From Eledone cirrhosa (lineage: Eukaryota), in contig OZ024743.1 of assembly GCA_964016885.1 (NCBI GenBank), positions 140,244,001 through 140,308,000 of the forward strand: a DNA stretch of 64,000 nucleotides, given 5' to 3'. How positions within the stretch are numbered: the first letter of the stretch is position 1; each line of letters opens with the position of its first letter. Of the stretch, positions 34,001-46,400 are shown one piece after another. The notes below the pieces were generated by a model. It was not told where the DNA came from and did no database searches. It worked only from the letters and a program-made list of their open reading frames with translations. The translations under genes and the position numbers were made by a program.

Positions 34001-37000
34001 CTTGGTGCCTGCTGCTTGTTGTTTGGTGATTGGTGCTTGGTGTTTGCTGATTGGTGTTTGGTGTTTGGTGTTTGCTGTTTGGTGTTTGGTGCTTGGTGTT
34101 TGATGCTTGGTGCTTGGTGCTTGGTGTTTGGTGTTTGGTGTTTGCTGTTTGGTGTTTGGTGCTTGGTGCTTGGTGCTTGGTGTTTGGTGCTTGGTGTTTG
34201 GTGCTTGGTGCTTGATGGTTGGTGTTTGTACTTGGTGCTTGGTGCTTGGTGTTTTGTGCTTGATTCTTGGTGTTTGGTGCTAGGTGTTTGCTGCTTAGTG
34301 CTTGGTGTTTGGTGTTTGGTGCTTGGTGTTTGGTGCTTGGTGCTTGGTTCTTGGTGTTAGGTATTTCGTGCTTGGTGTTTGGTGTTTGGTGCTTCATGCT
34401 TGGTGCTTGGTGTTTGGTGCTTGGTGCTTGGTGTTTGGTGCTTGGTGCCTGGTGCATGGTGTTTGGTGCTTGATGCTTGGTGTTTGGTGTTTGGTGCCTG
34501 GTGTTTGGTGCTTGGTGCTTGGTGCTTGGTGTTAGGTGTTAGGTGTTTGATGCTTGGTGTTTGCTGTTTGGTGTTTGTTGTTTGCTCTTTGGTGTTTGGT
34601 GTTTGGTGCTTGGTCTTTGGTGCTTGGTGTTTGGTGCTTGGTGCTTGGTGTTTGGTGTTTGGTGCTTGGTGCCTGGTGCTTGTTGTTTGGTGATTGGTGC
34701 TTGGTGTTTGCTGTTTGGTGTTTGGTGTTTGGTGTTTGCTGTTTTGTGTTTGGTGCTTGGTGCTTGGTGCTTGGTGTTTGGTGCTTGGTGCTTGGTGTTT
34801 GTTGTTTGGTGTTTGCTGTTTGGTGTTTGGTGTTTGTTGTTTGGTGTTTGCTGTTTGGTGTCTGCTTTTTGGTGTTTGGTGTTTGCTGTATGTTGTTTGC
34901 TGTTTGGTGTTTGGTGTTTGGTATTTGGTGTTTGGTGCTTGGTGCTTGGTGTTTGGTGATTGGTGCTTGGTGTTTGGTGCCTGGTGCTTGGTGCTTGGTG
35001 TTTGGTGTTTGGTGCTTGGTGCTTGGTGCTTGGAGTTTGGTGTTTGGTGCTTGTTGCTTGGTGTTTTGTGTTTGGTGTTTGGATTTTGGTGCTTGGTGCT
35101 TGGTGCTTGGTCCTTGGTGTTTGGTGCTGGGTGCTTTGTGTTTGGTGCTTGGTGCTTCGTGCTTGGTGTTTGGTGTTTGCTGCTTGGTGTTTGGTGCTTG
35201 GTGCTTCGTGCTTGGTGTTTTGTGTTTGGTGCTTGGTGCTTGGTGTTTGTACTTGGTGCTTGGTGCTTGGTGTTTGGTTCTTGGTTCTTGGTGTTTGGTA
35301 CTTGGTGCTTGCTGCTTGGTGGTTGGTGTTTGGTGCTTGGTGTTTGGTGCTTGGTGCTTGGTGTTTGGTGCTTGGTGTTTGGTGCTTGGTGCTTGGTGTT
35401 TGGTGTTTGGTGTTTGCTGTTTGCTGTTTGCTGTTTGGTGTCTGCTTTTTGGTGTTTGGTGTTTGCTGTATGGTGTTTGCTGTTTCGTGTTTGGTGTTTG
35501 CTGTTTGGTGTTTGGTCTTTGGTGCTTGGTGTTTGGTGCTTGGTGCTTGGTGTTTGGTGTTTGGTGCTTGGTGCTTGGTGTTTGGTGTTTGGTGCTTGGT
35601 GCTTGGTGCTTGGTATTTGGTGTTTGGTGCTTGGTGTCTGGTGCTTGGTGTTTGGTGCTTGGTGTTTGGTGTTTGGTGTTTGGTGCTTGGTGCTTGGTAT
35701 TTGGTGTTTGGTGCTTGGTGTCTGGTGCTTGGTGTTTGGTGCTTGGTGTTTGGTGTTTGGTGTTTGGTGCTTGGTGCTTGGTGTTTGGTGTTTGATGTTT
35801 GGTGTTTGGTGTTTGCTGTTTGGTGTCTGCTTTTTGGTGTTTGGTGTTTGCTGTATGGTGTTTGCTGTTTCGTGTTTGGTGTTTGCTGTTTGGTGTTTGG
35901 TGTTTGCTGTTTGGTGTTTGGTCTTTGGTGCTTGGTGTTTGGTGCTTGGTGTTTGGTGTTTGGTGCTTGGTGCTTGGTGTTTGGTATTTGGTGCTTGGTG
36001 CTTGGTGCTTGGTTTTTGGTGTTTGGTGCTTGGTGCTTGGTGCTTGGTGTTTGGTGCTTGGTGCTTGGTGTTTGGTGCTGGGTGCTTGGTGTTTGGTGCT
36101 TGGTGCTTTGTGCTTGGTGCTTGGTATTTGGTGTTTGCTGCTTGGTGTCTGGTGCTTGGTGTTTGGTGCTTGGTGTTTGGTGTTTGGTGTTTGGTGCTTG
36201 GTGTTTGGTGTTTGGTGTTTGGTGCTTGTTGCTTGGTGCTTGGTGCTTGGTGTTTGGTGCTTGGTGCTTGGTGTTTGGTGCTGGGTGCTGGGTGCTTGGT
36301 GCTTGGTGCATGGTGCTTGGTGCTTGGTGTTTGGTGTTTGGTGCTTGGTGCTTGGTGTTTGGTGTTATATGCTTGGTGTTTGATGCTTGGTGCTTGGTGC
36401 TTGGTGTTTGGTGTTTGGTGCTTGGTGTTTGATGCTTGGTGCTTGGTGCTTGGTGTTTGGTGCTTGGTGCTTGGTGTTTGTACTTGGTGCTTGGTGCATG
36501 GTTCTTGGTGTTTGGTGCTTGGTGCTTGGTGCTTGGTGTTTGGTGCTTGGTGCTTGGTGTTTGGTGCTTGGTGTTTGGTGCTTGGTGTTTGGTGCTTGGT
36601 GCTTGGTGCTTGGTGCATGGTGCTTGGTGTTTGGTGCTTGGTGTTTGGTGCTTGGTGTTAGGTGTTTGGTGCTTGGTGCTTGGTGTTTGGTGTTTGGTGC
36701 TTGGTTTTTGGTGCTTGGTGCTTGGTGTTTGGTGTTTGGTGCTTGGTGTTTGGTGCTTGCTACGTGGTGCTTGGTGCTTGGTGTTAGGTGTTTGGTTCTT
36801 GGTGCGTGGTTTTTGGTTTTTGGTGCTTGGTGCTTGGTGTTTGGTGTTTGGTGCTTGCTGCTGGCTGCTTGGTGTTTGGTGCTTGGTGATTGGTGCTTGG
36901 TGTTTGGTGCTTGGTGTTTGGTGTTTGGTGCTAGGTGCTTGGTGCTTGGTGTTTGGTGCTTGGTGCTTGGTGTTTGGTGTTTGGTGCTTTGTGCTTGGTG

Positions 37001-38390
37001 TCTGGTGCTTGGTGCTGGGTGGTTGGTGTTTGGTGCTTGGTGTTTGGTGCTGGGTGCTTGGTGTTTGGTGCTTGGTGCTTGGTCTTTGGTGCTTGGTGTT
37101 TGGTGTTTGGTGCTTGGTGCTTGGTGCTTGGTGTTTGGTGCTTGGTGCTTGGTGTTTGGTGCTTGGTGCTTAGTGTTTCGTGCTAGGTGCTTGGGGTTTG
37201 GTGTTTGGTGCTTGGTGCTTGGTGTTTGGTGCTTGGTGCTTGGTGCTTGGTCTTTGCTGTTTGGTGTTTAGTGCTTGGTGCTTGGTGCTTGGTGTTTGGT
37301 GCTTGGTGCTTGGTGCATTGTGATTAGTGTTTGGTGCTTGGTGCTTGGGGTTTGGTGTTTGGTGCTTGGTGCTTGGTATTTGGTGCTTGGTACTTGGTGT
37401 TTGGTGCTTGGTGTTTGCTGTTTGCTGTTTGCTGTTTTTGGTGTTTGCTGTTTGCTGTTTGGTGTCTGCTTTTTGGTGTTTGGTGTTTGCTCTATGGTGT
37501 TTGCTGTTTCATGTTTGGTGTTTGCTGTTTGGTGTTTGGTGTTTGCTGTTTGGTGTTTGGTCTTTGGTGCTTGGTCTTTGGTGCTTGGTGTTTGGTGCTT
37601 GGTGCTTGGTGTTTGGTGTTTGGTGCTTGGTGCCTGGTGCTTGTTGTTTGGTGATTGGTGCTTGGTGTTTGCTGTTTGGTGTTTGGTGCTTGGTGTTTGC
37701 TGTTTGGTGTTTGGTGCTTGGTGCTTGGTGGTTGGTGTTTGGTGCTTGGTGCTTGGTGCCTGCTGCTTGTTGTTTGGTGATTGGTGCTTGGTGTTTGCTG
37801 TTTGGTGTTTGGTGTTTGGTGTTTGCTGTTTGGTGTTTGGTGCTTGGTGTTTGATGCTTGGTGCTTGGTGGTTGGTGTTTGGTGTTTGGTGTTTGCTGTT
37901 TGGTGTTTGGTGCTTGGTGCTTGGTGCTTGGTGTTTGGTGCTTGGTGTTTGGTGCTTGGTGCTTGATGGTTGGTGTTTGTACTTGGTGCTTGGTGCTTGG
38001 TGTTTTGTGCTTGATTCTTGGTGTTTGGTGCTAGGTGTTTGCTGCTTAGTGCTTGGTGTTTGGTGTTTGGTGCTTGGTGTTTGGTGCTTGGTGCTTGGTT
38101 CTTGGTGTTAGGTATTTCGTGCTTGGTGTTTGGTGTTTGGTGCTTCATGCTTGGTGCTTGGTGTTTGGTGCTTGGTGCTTGGTGTTTGGTGCTTGGTGCC
38201 TGGTGCATGGTGTTTGGTGCTTGATGCTTGGTGTTTGGTGTTTGGTGCCTGGTGTTTGGTGCTTGGTGCTTGGTGCTTGGTGTTAGGTGTTAGGTGTTTG
38301 ATGCTTGGTGTTTGCTGTTTGGTGTTTGTTGTTTGCTGTTTGGTGTTTGGTCTTTGGTGCTTGGTCTTTGGTGCTTGGTGTTTTGTGCTT
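31050..38390 (+). repeat. Tandem duplication, unit ~3745-3751 bp (junction near 34795)
   Basis: ORF pairs 32636/36387, 33184/36935, 33524/37275, 34267/38018 and 34379/38130 are offset by 3751; 31216/34960 by 3744. Confidence 0.88.
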
Positions 38391-39029
38391 GGTGCTTGGT
38401 GTTTGGTGCTTGGTGCTTGATGCTTGGTGTTTGTACTTGGTGCTTGGTGCTTGGTGTTTTGTGCTTGATTCTTGGTGTTTGGTGCTTGGTGTTTGGTTCT
38501 TAGTGCTTGGTGTTTGGTGTTTGGTGCTTGGTGTTTGGTGCTTGGTGCTTGGTGATTGGTGTTTGGTGCTTGATGCTTGGTGTTTGGTGCTTGGTGCCTG
38601 GTGCATGGTGTTTGGTGCTTGATGCTTGGTGTTTGGTGTTTGGTGCTTGGTGTTTGGTGCTTGGTGCTTGGTGCTTGGTGTTAGGTGTTAGGTGTTTGGT
38701 GATTGGTGCTTGGTGTTTGGTGCTTGGTGCTTGATGTTTGGTGCTTGGTGCTTGGTGTTTGGTGCTTGGTGTTTGGTGCTTGGTACTTGGGGCTTGGTGT
38801 TTGGTGCTTGGTGCTTGGTGTTTGGTGCTTGGTGTTTGGTGTTTGGTGCTTGGTGTTTGGTGCTTGGTGCTTGGTGCTGGGTGGTTGGTGTTTGGTGCTT
38901 GGTGCTTGGTGTTTGGTGCTTGGTGCTTGGTGTTTGGTGCTTGGCGCTTGGTGCTTGGTCTTTGGTGCTTGGTGATTAGTGTTTGGTGCTTGTAGCTTGG
39001 GGTTTGGTGTTTGGTGCTTGGTGCTTGGT

Positions 39030-42000
39030 GTTTGGTGCTTGGTGTTTGGTGCTTGGTGTTTGGTTTTTGCTGTTTGGTGTTTGGTGTTTGCTGTTTGCTG
39101 TTTGCTGTTTGGTGTCTGCTTTTTGGTGTTTGGTGTTTGCTGTATCGTGTTTGCTGTTTCGTGTTTATTGTTTGCTGTTTGGTGTTTGGTGTTTGGTGTT
39201 TGGTGTTTCCTGTTTGGTGTTTAGTCTTTGGTGCTTGGTGTTTGGTGCTTGGTGCTTGGTGTTTGGTGTTTGGTGCTTGGTGCTTGGTGTTTGGTGCTTG
39301 GTGCTTGGTGTTTGGTGATTGGTGCTTGGTGCTTGGTGTTTGGTGTTTGGTGCTTGGGGCTTGGTGTTTGGTGCTTGGTGCTTGGTGCTTGATGCTTGGT
39401 GTTTGGTGTTTGATGATTGGTGTTTGGTGTTTGGTGTTTGGTGCTTGGTGCTTGGTGTTTGGTGTTTGATGCTTCCTGCTTGATGCTTGGTGCTTGGTGC
39501 TTGGTGTTTGGTGCTTGGTGCTTGGTGTTTGGTGCTTGGTACTTGGTGTTTGGTTCTTGGTGTTTGCCGTTTGCTGTTTGGTGTTTGGTGTTTGCTGTTT
39601 GCTGTTTGGTGTCTGCTTTTTGGTGTTTGTTGTTTGCTCTATGGTGTTTGCTGTTTCATGTTTGGTGTTTGCTGTTTGGTGTTTGTTGTTTGGTGCTGGG
39701 TGCTTGGTGTTTGGTGCTTGGTGCTTGGTCTTTGGTGCTTGGTGTTTGGTGTTTGGTGCTTGGTGCTTGGTGCTTGGTGTTTGGTGCTTGGTGCTTGGTG
39801 TTTGGTGCTTGGTGCTTAGTGTTTGGTGCTAGGTGCTTGGGGTTTGGTGTTTGGTGCTTGGTGCTTGGTGTTTGGTGCTTGGTGCTTGGTGCTTGGTCTT
39901 TGCTGTTTGGTGTTTAGTGCTTGGTGCTTGGTGCTTGGTGTTTGGTGCTTGGTGCTTGGTGCATTGTGATTAGTGTTTGGTGCTTGGTGCTTGGGGTTTG
40001 GTGTTTGGTGCTTGGTGCTTGGTATTTGGTGCTTGGTACTTGGTGTTTGGTGCTTGGTGTTTGCTGTTTGCTGTTTGCTGTTTTTGGTGTTTGCTGTTTG
40101 CTGTTTGGTGTCTGCTTTTTGGTGTTTGGTGTTTGCTCTATGGTGTTTGCTGTTTCATGTTTGGTGTTTGCTGTTTGGTGTTTGGTGTTTGCTGTTTGGT
40201 GTTTGGTCTTTGGTGCTTGGTCTTTGGTGCCTGGTGTTTGGTGCTTGGTGCTTGGTGTTTGGTGTTTGGTGCTTGGCGCCTGGTGCTTGTTGTTTGGTGA
40301 TTGGTGCTTGGTGTTTGCTGTTTGGTGTTTGGTGTTTGGTGTTTGCTGTTTGGTGTTTGGTGCTTGGTGCTTGGTGCTTGGTGTTTGGTGCTTGGTGCTT
40401 GGTGTTTGGTGCTTGGTGCTTGGTGTTTGGTGCTTGGTGCCTGGTGCTTGTTGTTTGGTGATTGGTGCTTGGTGTTTGCTGTTTGGTGTTTGGTGTTTGG
40501 TGTTTGCTGTTCGGTGTTTGGTGCTGGGTGCTTGGTGTTTGGTGTTTGATGCTTGGTGTTTGATGCTTGGTGCTTGGTGCTTGGTGTTTGGTGTTTGGTG
40601 TTTGCTGTTTGGTGTTTGGTGCTTGGTGCTTGGTGCTTGGTGTTTGGTGCTTGGTGTTTGGTGCTTGGTGCTTGATGGTTGGTGTTTGTACTTGGTGCTT
40701 GGTGCTTGGTGTTTTGTGCTTGATTCTTGGTGTTTGGTGCTAGGTGTTTGCTGCTTAGTGCTTGGTGTTTGGTGTTTGCTGCTTGGTGTTTGGTGCTTGG
40801 TGCTTGGTGCTAGGTGTTAGGTATTTGGTGCTTGGTGTTTGGTGTTTGGTGCTTCATGCTTCGTGCTTGGTGTTTGGTGCTTGGTGCTTGGTGTTTGGTG
40901 CTTGGTGCCTGGTTCATGGTGTTTGGTGCTTGATGCTTGGTGTTTGGTGTTTGGTGCTTTGTGTTTGGTGCTTGGTGCTTGGTGCTTGGTGTTAGGTGTT
41001 AGGTGTTTGATGCTTGGTGTTTGCTGTTTGGTGTTTGTTGTTTGCTGTTTGGTGTTTGGTCTTTGGTGCTTGGTCTTTGGTGCTTGGTGTTTGGTGCTTG
41101 GTGCTTGGTGTTTGGTGTTTGGTGCTTGGTGCCTGGTGCTTGTTGTTTGGTGATTGGTGCTTGGTGTTTGCTGTTTGGTGTTTGGTGTTTGGTGTTTGCT
41201 GTTTTGTGCTTGATTCTTGGTGTTTGGTGCTTGGTGTTTGGTGCTTAGTGCTTGGTGTTTGGTGTTTGGTGCTTGGTGTTTGGTGCTTGGTGCTTGGTGC
41301 TTGGTGTTAGGTGTTTGGTGCTTGGTGTTTGGTGTTTGGTGCTTCATGCTTGGTGCTTGGTGTTTGGTGCTTGGTGCTTGGTGTTTGGTGCTTGGTGCCT
41401 GGTGCATGGTGTTTGGTGCTTGATGCTTGGTGTTTGGTGTTTGGTGCTTGGTGTTTGGTGCTTGGTGCTTTGTGTTTGGTGTTAGGTGTTAGGTGTTTGG
41501 TGATTGATGCTTGGTGTTTGGTGCTTGGTGCTTGATGTTTGGTGGTTGGTGCTTGGTGTTTGGTGCTTGGTGTTTGGTGCTTGGTACTTGGGGCTTGGTG
41601 TTTGGTGCTTGGTGCTTGGTGTTTGGTGCTTGGTGTTTGGTGTTTGGTGCTTGGTGTTTGGTGCTTGGTGCTTGGTGCTGGGTGGTTGGTGTTTGGTGCT
41701 TGGTGCTTGGTGTTTGGTGCTTGGTGCTTGGTGTTTGGTGTTTGGCGCTTGGTGCTTGGTCTTTGGTGCTTGGTGATTAGTGTTTGGTGCTTGGTGCTTG
41801 GGGTTTGGTGTTTGGTGCTTGGTGCTTGGTGTTTGGTGCTTGGTGCTTGGTGTTTGGTGCTTGGTGTTTGGTTTTTGCTGTTTGGTGTCTGGTGTTTGCT
41901 GTTTGCTGTTTGCTGTTTTGTGTCTGCTTTTTGGTGTTTGGTGTTTGCTGTATCGTGTTTGCTGTTTCGTGTTTATTGTTTGCTGTTTGGTGTTTGGTGT

Positions 42001-45000
42001 TTGGTGTTTGGTGTTTCCTGTTTGGTGTTTAGTCTTTGGTGCTTGGTGTTTGGTGCTTGGTGCTTGGTGTTTGGTGTTTGGTGCTTGGTGCTTGGTGTTT
42101 GGTGCTTGGTGCTTGTTGTTTGGTGATTGGTGCTTGGTGCTTGGTGTTTGGTGTTTGGTGCTTGGGGCTTGGTGTTTGGTGCTTGGTGCTTGGTGCTTGG
42201 TGCTTGGTGCTTGGTGTTTGGTGTTTGATGATTGGTGTTTGGTGTTTGGTGTTTGGTGCTTGGTGCTTGGTGTTTGGTGTTTGATGCTTCCTGCTTGATG
42301 CTTGGTGCTTGGTGTTTGGTGCTTCGTGCTTGGTGTTTGGTGCTTGGTAGTTGGTGTTTGGTTCTTGGTGTTTGCTGTATGCTGTTTGGTGTTTGGTGTT
42401 TGCTGTTTGCTGTTTGGTGTCTGCTTTTTGGTGTTTGTTGTTTGCTCTATGGTGTTTGCTGTTTCATGTTTGGTGTTTGCTGTTTGGTGTTTGTTGTTTG
42501 GTGTTTGGTGCTTGGTGTTTGGTGCTTGGTGCTTGGTGTTTGGTGCTAGGTGCTTGGTGCTTGGTGCTTGGTGTTTGGTGTTTGGTGCTTGGTACTTGGG
42601 GCTTGGTGTTTGGTGCTTGGTGCTTCATGCTTGGTGTTTGGTGCTTGGTGCTTGGTGTTTGGTGTTTGGTGCTTGGTGCCTGGTGCTTGTTGTTTGGTGA
42701 TTGGTGCTTGGTGTTTGCTGTTTGGTGCTGCGTGCTTGGTGCTTGGTGCTTGGTGCTTGGTGCTTGGTGTTTTGTGTTTGGTGTTTGATGCTTGGTGTTT
42801 GGTGTTTGGTGCTTGGTGCTTGGTGTTTGGTGTCTGATGCTTGGTGCTTGATGCTTGGTGCTTGGTGCTTGGTGTTTGGTGCTTGGTGCTTGGTGTTTGT
42901 ACTTGGTGTTTGGTGCTTGGTGTTTGGAGCTTGGTGCTTGGTGTTTGGTGCTTGGTGCTTGGTGTTTGGTGTTTGGTGCTTGGTGTTTGGTGCTTGGTGT
43001 TTGGTGCTTGGTGTTTGGTTTTTGCTGTTTGGTGTTTGGTGTTTGCTGTTTGCTGTTTGCTGTTTGGTGTCTGCTTTTTGGTGTTTGGTGTTTGCTGTAT
43101 CGTGTTTGCTGTTTCGTGTTTATTGTTTGCTGTTTGGTGTTTGGTGTTTGGTGTTTGGTGTTTCCTGTTTGGTGTTTAGTCTTTGGTGCTTGGTGTTTGG
43201 TGCTTGGTGCTTGGTGTTAGGTGTTTGGTGCTTGGTGCTTGGTGTTTGGTGCTTGGTGCTTGTTGTTTGGTGATTGGTGCTTGGTGCTTGGTGTTTGGTG
43301 TTTGGTGCTTGGGGCTTGGTGTTTGGTGCTTGGTGCTTGGTGCTTGGTGCTTGGTGTTTGGTGTTTGATGATTGGTGTTTGGTGTTTGGTGTTTGGTGCT
43401 TGGTGCTTGGTGTTTGGTGTTTGATGCTTCCTGCTTGATGCTTGGTGCTTGGTGCTTGGTGTTTGGTGCTTGGTGCTTGGTGTTTGGTGCTTGGTACTTG
43501 GTGTTTGGTTCTTGGTGTTTGCCGTTTGCTGTTTGGTGTTTGGTGTTTGCTGTTTGCTGTTTGGTGTCTGCTTTTTGGTGTTTGTTGTTTGCTCTATGGT
43601 GTTTGCTGTTTCATGTTTGGTGTTTGCTGTTTGGTGTTTGTTGTTTGGTGCTGGGTGCTTGGTGTTTGGTGCTTGGTGCTTGGTCTTTGGTGCTTGGTGT
43701 TTGGTGTTTGGTGCTTGGTGCTTGGTGCTTGGTGTTTGGTGCTTGGTGCTTGGTGTTTGGTGCTTGGTGCTTAGTGTTTGGTGCTAGGTGCTTGGGGTTT
43801 GGTGTTTGGTGCTTGGTGCTTGGTGTTTGGTGCTTGGTGCTTGGTGCTTGGTCTTTGCTGTTTGGTGTTTAGTGCTTGGTGCTTGGTGCTTGGTGTTTGG
43901 TGCTTGGTGCTTGGTGCATTGTGATTAGTGTTTGGTGCTTGGTGCTTGGGGTTTGGTGTTTGGTGCTTGGTGCTTGGTATTTGGTGCTTGGTACTTGGTG
44001 TTTGGTGCTTGGTGTTTGCTGTTTGCTGTTTGCTGTTTTTGGTGTTTGCTGTTTGCTGTTTGGTGTCTGCTTTTTGGTGTTTGGTGTTTGCTCTATGGTG
44101 TTTGCTGTTTCATGTTTGGTGTTTGCTGTTTGGTGTTTGGTGTTTGCTGTTTGGTGTTTGGTCTTTGGTGCTTGGTCTTTGGTGCCTGGTGTTTGGTGCT
44201 TGGTGCTTGGTGTTTGGTGTTTGGTGCTTGGCGCCTGGTGCTTGTTGTTTGGTGATTGGTGCTTGGTGTTTGCTGTTTGGTGTTTGGTGTTTGGTGTTTG
44301 CTGTTTGGTGTTTGGTGCTTGGTGCTTGGTGCTTGGTGTTTGGTGCTTGGTGCTTGGTGTTTGGTGCTTGGTGCTTGGTGTTTGGTGCTTGGTGCCTGGT
44401 GCTTGTTGTTTGGTGATTGGTGCTTGGTGTTTGCTGTTTGGTGTTTGGTGTTTGGTGTTTGCTGTTCGGTGTTTGGTACTGGGTGCTTGGTGTTTGGTGT
44501 TTGATGCTTGGTGTTTGATGCTTGGTGCTTGGTGCTTGGTGTTTGGTGTTTGGTGTTTGCTGTTTGGTGTTTGGTGCTTGGTGCTTGGTGCTTGGTGTTT
44601 GGTGCTTGGTGTTTGGTGCTTGGTGCTTGATGGTTGGTGTTTGTACTTGGTGCTTGGTGCTTGGTGTTTTGTGCTTGATTCTTGGTGTTTGGTGCTAGGT
44701 GTTTGCTGCTTAGTGCTTGGTGTTTGGTGTTTGGTGCTTGGTGTTTGGTGCTTGGTGCTTGGTGCTAGGTGTTAGGTATTTGGTGCTTGGTGTTTGGTGT
44801 TTGGTGCTTCATGCTTGGTGCTTGGTGTTTGGTGCTTGGTGCTTGGTGTTTGGTGCTTGGTGCCTGGTGCATGGTGTTTGGTGCTTGATGCTTGGTGTTT
44901 GGTGTTTGGTGCTTGGTGTTTGGTGCTTGGTGCCTGGTGCTTGGTGTTAGGTATTAGGTGTTTGATGCTTGGTGTTTGCTGTTTGGTGTTTGTTGTTTGC

Positions 45001-46400
45001 TGTTTGGTGTTTGGTCTTTGGTGCTTGGTCTTTGGTGCTTGGTGTTTGGTGCTTGGTGCTTGGTGTTTGGTGTTTGGTGCTTGGTGCCTGGTGCTTGTTG
45101 TTTGGTGATTGGTGCTTGGTGTTTGCTGTTTGGTGTTTGGTGTTTGGTGTTTGCTGTTTTGTGCTTGATTCTTGGTGTTTGGTGCTTGGTGTTTGGTGCT
45201 TAGTGCTTGGTGTTTGGTGTTTGGTGCTTGGTGTTTGGTGCTTGGTGCTTGGTGCTTGGTGTTAGGTGTTTGGTGCTTGGTGTTTGGTGTTTGGTGCTTC
45301 ATGCTTGGTGCTTGGTGTTTGGTGCTTGGTGCTTGGTGTTTGGTGCTTGGTGCCTGGTGCATGGTGTTTGGTGCTTGATGCTTGGTGTTTGGTGTTTGGT
45401 GCTTGGTGTTTGGTGCTTGGTGCTTTGTGTTTGGTGTTAGGTGTTAGGTGTTTGGTGATTGGTGCTTGGTGTTTGGTGCTTGGTGCTTGATGTTTGGTGC
45501 TTGGTGCTTGGTGTTTGGTGCTTGGTGTTTGGTGCTTGGTACTTGGGGCTTGGTGTTTGGTGCTTGGTGCTTGGTGTTTGGTGCTTGGTGTTTGGTGTTT
45601 GGTGCTTGGTGTTTGGTGCTTGGTGCTTGGTGCTGGGTGGTTGGTGTTTGGTGCTTGGTGCTTGGTGTTTGGTGCTTGGTGCTTGGTGTTTGGTGCTTGG
45701 CGCTTGGTGCTTGGTCTTTGGTGCTTGGTGATTAGTGTTTGGTGCTTGGTGCTTGGGGTTTGGTGTTTGGTGCTTGGTGCTTGGTGTTTGGTGCTTGGTG
45801 CTTGGTGTTTGGTGCTTGGTGTTTGGTTTTTGCTGTTTGGTGTCTGGTGTTTGCTGTTTGCTGTTTGCTGTTTGGTGTCTGCTTTTTGGTGTTTGGTGTT
45901 TGCTGTATCGTGTTTGCTGTTTCGTGTTTGTTGTTTGGTGTTTGGTGCTTGGTGTTTGGTGCTTGGTGCTTGGTGTTTGGTGCTAGGTGCTTGGTGCTTG
46001 GTGCTTGGTGTTTGGTGTTTGGTGCTTGGTACTTGGGGCTTGGTGTTTGGTGCTTGGTGCTTCGTGCTTGGTGTTTGGTGCTTGGTGCTTGGTGTTTGGT
46101 GTTTGGTGCTTGGTGCCTGGTGCTTGTTGTTTGGTGATTGGTGCTTGGTGTTTGCTGTTTGGTACTGCGTGCTTGGTGTTTGCTGTTTGGTGTTTGGTGT
46201 TTTGTGTTTGGTGTTTGATGCTTGGTGTTTGGTGTTTGGTGCTTGGTGCTTGGTGTTTGGTGTTTGATGCTTGGTGCTTGATGCTTGGTGCTTGGTGCTT
46301 GGTGTTTGGTGCTTGGTGCTTGGTGTTTGTACTTGGTGTTTGGTGCTTGGTGTTTGGAGCTTGGTGCTTGGTGTTTGGTGCTTGGTGCTTGGTGTTTGGT
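39030..46400 (+). repeat. Tandem duplication, unit 3955 bp (565 x 7); the second copy lacks 518 bp near 45925
   Basis: Private variants TTGCCGT at 39564/43519 and TTGGCGC CTGG at 40273/44228. ORF pairs 39417/43372, 39921/43876 and 41784/45739 are offset by 3955, dropping to 3437 for 42550/45987. Confidence 0.9.

Noticed and set aside
34357-36618. 753-aa minus-strand ORF of KHQ[AT]P[SN]T repeats resembling a mucin or low-complexity protein (similar ORFs at 30893-32560 and 34539-36311)
   Set aside because: This is the reverse translation of the satellite. Overlapping frames give the same heptad, there is no unique domain or signal peptide, ATG starts arise from sporadic variant monomers, and paralogous copies do not keep the frame.
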